A stretch of 64,000 bases of DNA from an uncultured Poribacteria bacterium (GTDB taxonomy: Bacteria; Poribacteria; WGA-4E; WGA-3G), in the NCBI GenBank assembly GCA_951828385.1, contig OX639973.1:1728470-1792469 (forward strand), given 5' to 3'. Below are positions 1 through 8,330 of this stretch, piece after piece. Every line of letters begins with the position of its first letter. Positions within the stretch are counted from its first letter, which is position 1. The notes under the pieces are model-generated. The model was not told the DNA's origin. It searched no databases and saw only the letters and a program-made list of their open reading frames with translations. Position numbers and translations under genes: made by a program.

Positions 1-1
1 T

Positions 2-466
2 GGCGGCGCGTTAAGACAAACACCACTCGGCTCTTATTGGATGCGCTGGTGGGGACGCAACAATGTCAAAGTGACAACGAATAAAGCTGGACCTGTGAAT
101 GCTTGGCAACCGTTCCCTGTGAAAGGTGGACAAGCGCAGGCGAACTACGCGCAAGGATCAGACCATTTCATATTGAAGGCAGCGATAATGACGCAGGAAA
201 AGCGCGTCACCGTTCATATATGGGATGTCACTGAGAAACAAGCGATACAGGTCGCCGAGTGGGAAATCAAAGATAATACTTACAAGTCAGGAAATATCAG
301 TTTTGACTGCTGGAAATTCGGTATTTATGGTGTTGATAACGTGGTTGTTGCCACGCCTGAACATGAGGCGGAGATATTCGCCGACAACTTTGATCCTACA
401 AGACTTGCCGTTCAACCTGAAGGAAAACTCGCAACTGTGTGGGGACACCTAAAGTTGAATGATTGA
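2..466 (+). CDS. Partial (5'-truncated) hypothetical protein with C-terminal GKLxTxWxxxK motif
   Basis: Frame is open from base 2 and ends LAVQPEGKLATVWGHLK, a motif shared with the two LamG proteins in this window. Confidence 0.75.
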   Translation, partial: GGALRQTPLGSYWMRWWGRNNVKVTTNKAGPVNAWQPFPVKGGQAQANYAQGSDHFILKAAIMTQEKRVTVHIWDVTEKQAIQVAEWEIKDNTYKSGNISFDCWKFGIYGVDNVVVATPEHEAEIFADNFDPTRLAVQPEGKLATVWGHLKLND

Positions 467-486
467 TAAACAGAAAGGAATTTAGC

Positions 487-1467
487 ATGACAAAATGTGC
501 ACTTATCAGCGGTAGAGGTATGGGGATGATGCACGGCGGAAACTTTCACGCCCATCCCGATGCAGAAGTGGTAGCTGTCTGTGATATGGACCCAGAACTC
601 CTCGCAAAAGCAAAAGAACATTTTGGGGTACCGGGGTATACGACAATTGAGGAACTCTTAGCGAATTGTGACCCGGATCTTGTGCTTCTCATTGTGAATG
701 AGACCCGACGTATCCCACCGCTGCACCAGCTGCTCGAAGCCGGACAGAATGTATTCACCGAGAAACCGCTCTGTGGGTTAGAGGGACAGGCGCGAGTACG
801 TGAGGAAGACCTCGGAATTGCGGCACCTGCTATCGGAACATGGCGTGATTCTAACCTCAAATTCGGCATCGATTTCAACTATCGGTTTATGCACCATTTC
901 CGTAAACTTCATGACGATGTGGCTGAGGGACGGCTGGGTGAAATTCGGATGGTACACGCGCGGGCACATTTCAACTGTTGGTCCCATATTATCGACCAAA
1001 TTCTCTGGACGGTGGGGAGGCCGGAGTGGGTGAGTGTTGTCGGTGATCCGAGCGAATCGGGTGGATGGGGACGCTTAATTCATATCGGTTGGGAAAATGG
1101 CGTTATCGGCACTCTCAGCGGTACGAACCTATGGGGCTACGATGATCATCCACTCCGGGTCAAGGTGCTTGGCGATGAATTTTACGCCGAGGCAAAAGGC
1201 CTGGAAGGCGTTTATTCCCGCAGAAAAGCGAATAACTCTGAAATAGAAGAAGTCTGGGAAGCAGAGGAAGGCAACCCGGAAATGCCGGAGTCTTTCAAGC
1301 GGATGGCTGATGGTGTGATCAAAGCGATGCATGCCGATACAGCCTTCCCCGCAGATGGTGAAGCCGCATGGAATGAACTGCTGTTTGAAGCAGCCGTGCA
1401 TAGATCGGCTTTGCAGAATAATGCCCGTGTATTTCTCGCTGATGTCGAAGAAGATGCGTTTGCCTAA
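487..1467 (+). CDS. Gfo/Idh/MocA family oxidoreductase
   Basis: N-terminal Rossmann-like GRGMG, VFTEKPL motif, IDFNYRF; GAAAGGA RBS before ATG 487. Confidence 0.85.
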   Translation: MTKCALISGRGMGMMHGGNFHAHPDAEVVAVCDMDPELLAKAKEHFGVPGYTTIEELLANCDPDLVLLIVNETRRIPPLHQLLEAGQNVFTEKPLCGLEGQARVREEDLGIAAPAIGTWRDSNLKFGIDFNYRFMHHFRKLHDDVAEGRLGEIRMVHARAHFNCWSHIIDQILWTVGRPEWVSVVGDPSESGGWGRLIHIGWENGVIGTLSGTNLWGYDDHPLRVKVLGDEFYAEAKGLEGVYSRRKANNSEIEEVWEAEEGNPEMPESFKRMADGVIKAMHADTAFPADGEAAWNELLFEAAVHRSALQNNARVFLADVEEDAFA

Positions 1468-1475
1468 AGTTGGTT

Positions 1476-1501
1476 GTAGGCGCGCTTTCAAAGCGCGCCT
1501 A
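1476..1501. terminator. GTAG-led palindrome between convergent genes (REP-like or bidirectional terminator)
   Basis: gTAGGCGCGCTTT-c-AAAGCGCGCCTA perfect inverted repeat. Confidence 0.55.
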
Positions 1502-1505
1502 TAGT

Positions 1506-2558
1506 TTAAACAGTCCCTCCTTTGACAGCGATCTTAATCGCATCCTTTCCATCTAAGTGATAACTACCGTGGAGTGCGTCAAAACCTTTAGGCACATCCT
1601 CTAACGGGAGAATATGGCTCACAAACCCGTCGAAGAGGGAGGCGTGTTTCTCTAACATCGGGATGGCACGTAGGAAATGCTTCCTTTCAAAACCCCATCC
1701 GGCTTCCAACCGCAGATTTTTACGCATGAGCATCTGGTTCGGATTGCAGTCAAAGCTGCCGACATCCACGAAATGCCCATACACAACATAAGTACCGCCG
1801 TATCTGATGTAATCCAAGCCTTCAGGAATAGCGGCAAGGAAGCCTGTGCATTCGTAGACGACATCTGCGCCTTCGCCTTGTGACGTATTTTCTCGGACAA
1901 TCCGCTTGCGTTCTTCAGGATCCGGCACTTCGGCGATGTCTATAATGAGGTCTGCCCCCAACCTTTTCGCCATCTCAAGCCTGCCTGGAGGCCCACCGAC
2001 GACGATAAGCCTCCCTGCTCCAGAGACTCTTGCCCAATTAAGCGCGAGCAGTCCAATCGGACCGGTTCCCTGAATCACAACCGTATCCCCGAATTCAATT
2101 TTTCCGCGTGATATACAGTGTGCGGCACACGAAGCCGGTTCCGCAAGCACCGCAATCTCAGGCGGCAGATCGGTTTTAAGAAACATATTTGTTGACGGGT
2201 TTGATAGGTAAATGTACTCACTGAAGCCGCCGCGCAGATACGGCGCTTCTTCCGATGGAGAAAAGCCGAGACCACCGCTCGGCGAGAGCGCAACCCTGTC
2301 ACCTACTTTGACCGGATTCCCAAGGTAGTCCGTTTCGACACCCTCGCCTAAAGTATCAATCACGCCAACGTTTTCGTGTCCGAGAATAATATCGTGATGG
2401 ATACGCTGAAATTCCCAGTTGTGGAGGTCGGTACCACAAATACCCCCCAATTCCTGACGCACGAGTACTGTGCCGGGTTCAGGGTCAACGATCGGATACT
2501 CTCGGATTTCAAAACTTTTGCCACTCATCACAGTGGCGCGTGCGGTTCTGGTTCCCAT
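1506..2558 (-). CDS. Zinc-binding alcohol dehydrogenase (MDR family)
   Basis: GICGTD and LGHENVG zinc motifs; GTGPIG NAD-binding motif. Confidence 0.9.
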   Translation of the reverse strand: MGTRTARATVMSGKSFEIREYPIVDPEPGTVLVRQELGGICGTDLHNWEFQRIHHDIILGHENVGVIDTLGEGVETDYLGNPVKVGDRVALSPSGGLGFSPSEEAPYLRGGFSEYIYLSNPSTNMFLKTDLPPEIAVLAEPASCAAHCISRGKIEFGDTVVIQGTGPIGLLALNWARVSGAGRLIVVGGPPGRLEMAKRLGADLIIDIAEVPDPEERKRIVRENTSQGEGADVVYECTGFLAAIPEGLDYIRYGGTYVVYGHFVDVGSFDCNPNQMLMRKNLRLEAGWGFERKHFLRAIPMLEKHASLFDGFVSHILPLEDVPKGFDALHGSYHLDGKDAIKIAVKGGTV

Positions 2559-2610
2559 TGTAAACTCCTTTCCTGCTGTGGAAGCAAACTGTTGTCTCTA
2601 ATCCGTATGT

Positions 2611-3606
2611 TTATTCAGATCCAACTTTAACAATTATCTTCCCAAATTTTTCGCCTGTGAAAAGCGCGATAAAAGCCTTTGGCGCGTTCTCTAAACCTTC
2701 TATGATTGTCTCTTCCCACTGTATTTTGCCTTCACCTATCCATTCGCGCATATCACGGTAAAATTCAGCGTTCCGTTCCATGAAATCAGTAACGATGAAC
2801 CCTTGTAATTTAATGCGTTTACCGATCGCTGCACTGAGGTTCGTCGGACCCGGCGTAGGTTCAATATCATTATATTGGGCGATCATACCACACAGAGGGA
2901 TACGTCCGTGCATATTCATCACTGCAAGCGCAGCTTGGAGATGTCTACCGCCGACGTTCTCAAAATAGATGTCGAGTCCATCTGGACAATGTTTTCTGAG
3001 TTCGGCCTCCAAGTCGTCGACATTTTTATAGTTAAATGCTGCGTCAACACCTGCTGTTTCAAGTAGCCACGCGACTTTCTGATCAGAACCCGCACTCGCC
3101 ACGACGCGGCACCCTTTGATTTTGGCGATCTGACACACAATTGAACCGACAGCACCCGCCGCTGCGGACACGAAAACCGTTTCGCCAGCTTTCGGTTGAC
3201 CGATCTCCAGAAATCCGAAGTAGGCGGTGCGTCCGGGCATACCGACCGCCCCTAAAAACGACTGGAGTGGTGCGATTGTTGTATCAACAGCAGTTACACT
3301 CTCTGCTGATGCGATGTAATGGTCCCGCCACCCCAGCGGACCCGTCACATGGTCTCCAACTTTAAACTGATCGCTATTTGATTGCACAATCTGTCCGGCA
3401 CATCCGCCTTCAAGGGGTTGACCGGATTGAGCGGACCGCATGCCACCGCGCATGTAGGGGTCTACTGACGTATAAAGGTTTTGGACGAGTACCTCTCCTG
3501 ACGCAGGTTCAGGAAGGGGTACCTCTACAAGCGCAAAGTCGCTTTCCTTAGGCATACCCACAATGCGATTTTTAAGACGAATTTGCCGGCTTACAAGATT
3601 CGACAT
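2611..3606 (-). CDS. NADP-dependent oxidoreductase, YncB/CurA/prostaglandin reductase-like
   Basis: SVDPYMR, GMPGRTAYFG, SAAAGAVGS, YFENVGG motifs. Confidence 0.9.
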   Translation of the reverse strand: MSNLVSRQIRLKNRIVGMPKESDFALVEVPLPEPASGEVLVQNLYTSVDPYMRGGMRSAQSGQPLEGGCAGQIVQSNSDQFKVGDHVTGPLGWRDHYIASAESVTAVDTTIAPLQSFLGAVGMPGRTAYFGFLEIGQPKAGETVFVSAAAGAVGSIVCQIAKIKGCRVVASAGSDQKVAWLLETAGVDAAFNYKNVDDLEAELRKHCPDGLDIYFENVGGRHLQAALAVMNMHGRIPLCGMIAQYNDIEPTPGPTNLSAAIGKRIKLQGFIVTDFMERNAEFYRDMREWIGEGKIQWEETIIEGLENAPKAFIALFTGEKFGKIIVKVGSE

Positions 3607-3849
3607 CTGTTTCTCCTATTGCTTGGTGGTCTAATCTTATTTGATAAGGTATGGACGTTATCATATCATATATGAGAAAAAAGTCAAGATTAGAAGCATT
3701 CGGCTGCAGAACCATTCAGTTCTCCTAATTGGCAGATCCAACACCTACGCCCGCATGACCGATTTTGTTTGTCAAAATTCATTAAGTGCGGTAAAATAAA
3801 GGATAAACCTGTACGCGGAACAATCTATCTTTGACTTTAGGAGGAAAGA

Positions 3850-4011
3850 ATGAACGATCTCGCTTGCGAGTTCCTTAGAACCGATTTTGGGCATGAAGTA
3901 TATGATGGATGGTACCTTGAACATGCCAGCTATAATTTCGAGTCCCCGGAATTTGTTAAAAAACACTTCCGTTTCTATGAAGAGGTGCTACAGCTATCTA
4001 AAAGTCAGTGA
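3850..4011 (+). pseudogene. 5' fragment (53 codons) of a gene interrupted by the element starting at 4004
   Basis: AGGAGG RBS at 3839-3844, ATG 3850, MNDLACEF...FYEEVLQLSK; the stop codon lies inside the element left end. Confidence 0.55.
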
Positions 4012-4262
4012 CCCCCAGCTAAAGCATGGGGCTTGTTCAATACGGCAGCCAAGCCTATCGGTTGAACGGGGGTAACTCGCTGTCTACAGTAATATATCGC
4101 AGTATCTCGGTATGGCAGCCGAAACAACGGTTATTAAACGATAGCCCGAACTGGTAGTAGGTCTATCTAAGGATGCTCCCAAAGTCTTAACCTCACTTGG
4201 ATACTGTGATCTGGAAGGGGCAACATATACCCGCTTTTGCGGAGAGCCGAAAGGTCATTACC
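4004..4262 (+). ncRNA. HEARO/omega-RNA-like scaffold (3' boundary approximate)
   Basis: GGCTTG/CAAGCC stem; long-range TCGCAGTATC/GATACTGTGA stem; GGATGCTCCC loop complementary to downstream GAAGGGG; terminal CCGC-TTTT-GCGG and GAAA-loop hairpins. Confidence 0.65.
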
Positions 4263-4492
4263 TGTTTTTTCAAAGACACCGGGTCAGGTCGGATCGGGGA
4301 TGGTGACAGCACTTCCGAAAAGAAGCAGCCCACTCGGAGAAAATCGCCCACGAGTTTGTGGCGAAAAAACAACTCGCACCCCACTTCGGGGAATCTAAAA
4401 CTAAAATAAAGGATCGGTGTTTCCTCCCCTGCCTAAAGTGTTTTTGCTTGGGCGTTTCTTCTAGGGGTTTCCACACCGAAGAATTTGATGAA
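4004..4492 (+). mobile_element. Non-autonomous IS200/IS605 element of IscB/IsrB type with the nuclease ORF deleted
   Basis: Left end GTCAGTGACCCCCAGCTAAAGCATGGGGCTTG; right end TCGGTGTTTCCTCCCCTGCCTAAAG...AGGGGTTTCCACACCGAAGAATTTGATGAA; both resemble typical ends of this group. Confidence 0.75.
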
Positions 4493-5327
4493 AGTCGAAA
4501 AACCAAAAGAGAAATACGATCAATTAATTGCTGACGGTTATTGTGTCGTTGAAGATGTTTTAAAGCAAAAGATGCTTGAACGGCTTCGGTTGGTAACTGA
4601 CCAACTGCTCGATGCCCAGACAGAAGATGAGCGTGCCGCCCAGCGTTCCTCTGGTAGCATGATCAGCGTGTATATGCATCCGCTGTTCGCGGAACTGGTC
4701 GTTTATCCGCGGGCATTGCAGGCTCTTGACGCTTTGGGCTTCCTGAGACCGAAATGGTCGTCGGGATATGTCATCAGCAAACCGCCCCAGAGTCCACCCC
4801 TATTTTGGCATCAGGACTGGTGGGGTTGGAACGATCCCTGCAGCTACACGGCACTGCCGCAACAGTTGTTCCTCATGTATTATTTGGTTGACACAACGCC
4901 GTCCAACGGGTGCCTCCGTGTGATTAGAGGTTCGCATCTGAATCGACATCCGCTCCATGATATATTGCCAAGTGCCCACGGTGAAGCACTCCAACGCGTC
5001 GATGATGCTGACCATCCCGCATATCAACACTTTCAGGGTGAAGTTGATATACCCGTGAAAGCCGGAGACTTGGTTATCGGCGATTCTCGTTTGTTACACG
5101 CTTCACACGGCAATCAATCAGATGAACGCCGAACCGTGATTACGCTCTGGTATCATCCATTTTTTGCGCTGCTACCAGCCGAAATGCAAGCACATATCGG
5201 TAGACTCCGACAGAGTCTTGCTTGGTCGGATGCCGATTGGGCACGAATTGCCGAACTCGCACCGGTCTGTGAAGGCGACGTTGAACCGCTAAAGTGGAAT
5301 CGGAATCCGGGCCCTGAACTGAAGTAG
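4488..5327 (+). CDS. Phytanoyl-CoA dioxygenase (PhyH) family 2OG-Fe(II) enzyme
   Basis: DGYCVV, WHQD, NGCLRVIRGSH, LLHAS..N.SDERR motifs. Confidence 0.9.
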   Translation: MKVEKPKEKYDQLIADGYCVVEDVLKQKMLERLRLVTDQLLDAQTEDERAAQRSSGSMISVYMHPLFAELVVYPRALQALDALGFLRPKWSSGYVISKPPQSPPLFWHQDWWGWNDPCSYTALPQQLFLMYYLVDTTPSNGCLRVIRGSHLNRHPLHDILPSAHGEALQRVDDADHPAYQHFQGEVDIPVKAGDLVIGDSRLLHASHGNQSDERRTVITLWYHPFFALLPAEMQAHIGRLRQSLAWSDADWARIAELAPVCEGDVEPLKWNRNPGPELK

Positions 5328-5353
5328 CGAAGCTCCAGCATAAACGATTTGAT

Positions 5354-5382
5354 TTGAAAAAAACGGTATTTCATGGTATACT
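5354..5382 (+). promoter_or_regulatory. Sigma70-like promoter of the decayed TA locus
   Basis: TTGAAA-N17-TATACT with TG extension. Confidence 0.5.
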
Positions 5383-5390
5383 ACACAGGA

Positions 5391-5456
5391 CCGAGACCGA
5401 AAGTTTATATTGAGACGACAGTTGTGAGTTATCTGGTGGCGAGGAGTTTCACATGA
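5391..5456 (+). pseudogene. N-terminal remnant of a PIN-domain (VapC-like) toxin
   Basis: Translates PRPKVYIETTVVSYLVAR, a typical PIN N-terminus, then stops at a TGA overlapping the next ATG. Confidence 0.65.
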
Positions 5457-5650
5457 AAGAGGTACCTGAGGACTACACTGATCCTATCCTTGAAGAATGC
5501 CTGCGGATGAAGGCGGAGTTCAACGCCCAATTTAACTCTATGGAGGAACTCTCCGCGTACTTGAAATTGGAAAATGAAAAGTTCAAAAAACAGGGATGGA
5601 AATACGTCTCATACTATAAGCCACCAGAACAATCTGGAAAGGATACCTAA
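5453..5650 (+). CDS. Small protein, probable orphan antitoxin of the PIN locus
   Basis: GAGGAG RBS; DPILEEC.R.K pattern typical of small proteins downstream of this PIN family. Confidence 0.55.
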   Translation: MKEVPEDYTDPILEECLRMKAEFNAQFNSMEELSAYLKLENEKFKKQGWKYVSYYKPPEQSGKDT

Positions 5651-5667
5651 GCTAAAGGAGAGATTCC

Positions 5668-5723
5668 ATGCCACAACCTTCGGTTTTTCATGCCCACATG
5701 TTTGGTGAATAGGAACGAAAAAC
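5668..5723 (+). pseudogene. N-terminal remnant of a PhyH paralog
   Basis: AAGGAG RBS; MPQPSVFHAHMFGE*ERK aligns with MPQNPIFHDYTFGAQERK at 7568. Confidence 0.6.
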
Positions 5724-5863
5724 CTCGGGTAGCGACGGGTATTTCGTTTTCCCGAGCTTGTTTACGCTAACTGCTCAGGGAAAACTAACAAACTCATTTG
5801 AGGAATAACCAGTGGATCACTCGCTGGCTTTCGCTTTGAGAATAATGAAGGAGGTAAGAAAAG

Positions 5864-6661
5864 ATGAAAACTACAGTTACAAGGTTAAAACTATTATGTG
5901 TCAGTTTAATGGTTATGAGCCTGATGTTTGTAGGTATCAGCTCTGCTAAAATTGACTTCGGAGATTGCGTCGGCATGTGGCTCTTTGATGAGGGGAATGG
6001 TAACAAAGCCAAAGACTCCTCTGGAACAGGCAATGACGGCACAATTGAAGGTGGTGCAAAATGGGTGAATGGCAAATTCGGCAAGGGTTTGAGTCTTGAC
6101 GGTTCAGATGATTACGTCGAAATTGCGCACGATGATTCTTTAAACGTTGGCGGCGAACACACGATCGCCCTTTGGTTTAAATTAGATAAGCCTCCTGCCG
6201 GTGGGATGGGGGTTGTGACCAAAGATGATTGGGCACCTGGATTTTGGTGGGATGGCGGTGTAATTCGACATCACACGCATGACCCACCTGCCACGCTTCA
6301 CTATATAGATGCACCTTGGAGTCCGGATACGGATTGGCATCATGTTGCCGCTATTTGGGATGGCGAAGAGTTTAGAATATATCTCGACGCTGACGAGATT
6401 GGTGCTGGTGTAACTGGACCCAACTTAGGAAGGAATCCATTAACCGATAAACCCCTTTTGATAGGTATCTATCTCGCCACTGGACAACACGGTCAGTGGG
6501 GTGCGTTTCTCGGTGCAATCATTGACGATGTTGCTATCTTCAGTGTGGCGTTGGACGATGGTGATATTGAAACTCTCATGAATGATGGACTAAAAACAGC
6601 AGCTGATATTGAGCCTGCGGGTAAGCTCACAACGACCTGGGCTGCCATTAAAGCCGATTAA
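5864..6661 (+). CDS. Secreted LamG/concanavalin-A-like domain protein
   Basis: Signal peptide, WLFDEGNG..AKDSSG, WHHVA, IDDVAIF; C-terminus IEPAGKLTTTWAAIK. Confidence 0.9.
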   Translation: MKTTVTRLKLLCVSLMVMSLMFVGISSAKIDFGDCVGMWLFDEGNGNKAKDSSGTGNDGTIEGGAKWVNGKFGKGLSLDGSDDYVEIAHDDSLNVGGEHTIALWFKLDKPPAGGMGVVTKDDWAPGFWWDGGVIRHHTHDPPATLHYIDAPWSPDTDWHHVAAIWDGEEFRIYLDADEIGAGVTGPNLGRNPLTDKPLLIGIYLATGQHGQWGAFLGAIIDDVAIFSVALDDGDIETLMNDGLKTAADIEPAGKLTTTWAAIKAD

Positions 6662-6766
6662 CCTACTCCGAAACCCAAAGATTGCGTTGGTTGGCAAGAC
6701 CGAGTGCGGTTCAATACTGCGCCCCCTCGGTCTTGTCAAAAGTATCACTAAATCGGAGGCTTTTTT

Positions 6767-7555
6767 ATGTCGCAAAACCCCCTGAACGCCTGTCTTGGCA
6801 GGCGAGATTCACTGCTTCATGCCTACACGTTTGGTGAACAGGAACGGGAAAAGTTAGATCGGGATGGACATTTTGTTTTGCCGGGCGTGCTTACACCCGA
6901 TGCACAGGAAAACCTGACCCGCTCGCTGTCGCATATTCATGAACTCTCACGCACACCGACAGAAGGGCATGAGCCGAACCGGTTTTCTGCAGAATACGAC
7001 AGTTATCTCGAAAGTCTGATCGCACATCCACAGATGCTTGAACTCGCACGAAAGGTGTTGGGTGATAATATCCGATACGATCATTGTGTCAGTCTCAACA
7101 GACCGGGTGGCAACGGCGGCATTGGGTGGCATAGCCACGGATACTCCGATGACGATCCGAGTTTAGGTTTTGTCCGTATCTTCTTCTATGTCAACGGTTT
7201 TGAACCGGACGATGGCGGTTTAAAGGCTGTCCCCGGAAGTCATCTTTATCGGGATGCAAAAATCCATGGACGCACAGATGACGCGCTACGAGAAGGATGG
7301 TTGGCCGGAAAAACGCACCCTGAGACAAACCAACCCTTAGAGATTGAGGCGTTATTTGCGCCCCCGGGCACAGTCGCGCTGATGTGGACGCATGCAGCAC
7401 ATGCTGTGTCACCAAGAAAACCGGATAGCGATACGCGTTGGTGCGTCGTTTATGCCTACCGCAACCCCGGCAGACCGTCCGGTGCCCGCTGGATTACACC
7501 CGAATTTGAACAAAAACCCATTCCCGGCACAGAAGGCTTGATGTCCCTTTATTAA
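6767..7555 (+). CDS. PhyH family dioxygenase
   Basis: DGHFVLPG, WHSH, GGLKAVPGSH, HAAHAV. Confidence 0.85.
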   Translation: MSQNPLNACLGRRDSLLHAYTFGEQEREKLDRDGHFVLPGVLTPDAQENLTRSLSHIHELSRTPTEGHEPNRFSAEYDSYLESLIAHPQMLELARKVLGDNIRYDHCVSLNRPGGNGGIGWHSHGYSDDDPSLGFVRIFFYVNGFEPDDGGLKAVPGSHLYRDAKIHGRTDDALREGWLAGKTHPETNQPLEIEALFAPPGTVALMWTHAAHAVSPRKPDSDTRWCVVYAYRNPGRPSGARWITPEFEQKPIPGTEGLMSLY

Positions 7556-7567
7556 AAGGAATTTTTT

Positions 7568-8326
7568 ATGCCACAAAACCCGATTTTTCATGATTACACC
7601 TTTGGTGCTCAAGAACGAAAACAATTAGATCATGATGGTCATTTTGTGCTTCCGGGGCTCCTAACGATTAATGCTCAGGAACGATTGACAGAATCGTTGG
7701 CTCGGGTTGAATCGCTTATACCGGGGGGCAAAAAAGGGTATGAGCCGAATCGGTTTGCTGCGGAATATGATAGTTATCTCGAAAGCCTGATCCCACATCC
7801 GCAAATGCTTAAACTCGCGCGCGAAGTGCTTGGTGAAGATATTCGCTACGATCACTGTGTGAGCCTTAATCGCCCAGGCGGCAATGGTGGCATCGGTTGG
7901 CATAGCCACGCATACGCTGAAGACGATCCGCGCTACGGTTTTGTCCGTGTCTTTTTTTATGTTAATGGATTTGCGGCAGATGATGGCGGTTTGAAGGCGG
8001 TTCCCGGAAGCCATCTGTACCGCGATCCCAAAATTCAGGGTACGACTGATGAGGCACTGCGAGAAGGTTGGTTGGCTGGGAAAACCCATCCTCAAACCGG
8101 CAAACCGTTAGCAATTGAAGCGTTATCAGTACCACAAGGAACGGTCGTCCTGATGTGGACGCATGCAGCACATGCAGTAACCCCAAGAAAACAAGAGAGT
8201 GACACCAGATGGACAGTCGTTTATGGCTATTATAAACCCGGTAAAGACGCAGGTGAAAGGTGGATTACGCCAGAATTTGCGCAAAAACTGATACCCGGTG
8301 CAGAAGGATTGATGTCTCCTTATTAG
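7568..8326 (+). CDS. PhyH family dioxygenase (tandem paralog)
   Basis: Long identical stretches shared with 6767-7555. Confidence 0.85.
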   Translation: MPQNPIFHDYTFGAQERKQLDHDGHFVLPGLLTINAQERLTESLARVESLIPGGKKGYEPNRFAAEYDSYLESLIPHPQMLKLAREVLGEDIRYDHCVSLNRPGGNGGIGWHSHAYAEDDPRYGFVRVFFYVNGFAADDGGLKAVPGSHLYRDPKIQGTTDEALREGWLAGKTHPQTGKPLAIEALSVPQGTVVLMWTHAAHAVTPRKQESDTRWTVVYGYYKPGKDAGERWITPEFAQKLIPGAEGLMSPY

Positions 8327-8330
8327 CAAT

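Noticed and set aside
4197..4409. 70-aa ORF as an IscB/TnpB nuclease
   Set aside because: Too short, no RuvC, HNH or PLMP motif, and it overlaps the RNA scaffold; at most a remnant
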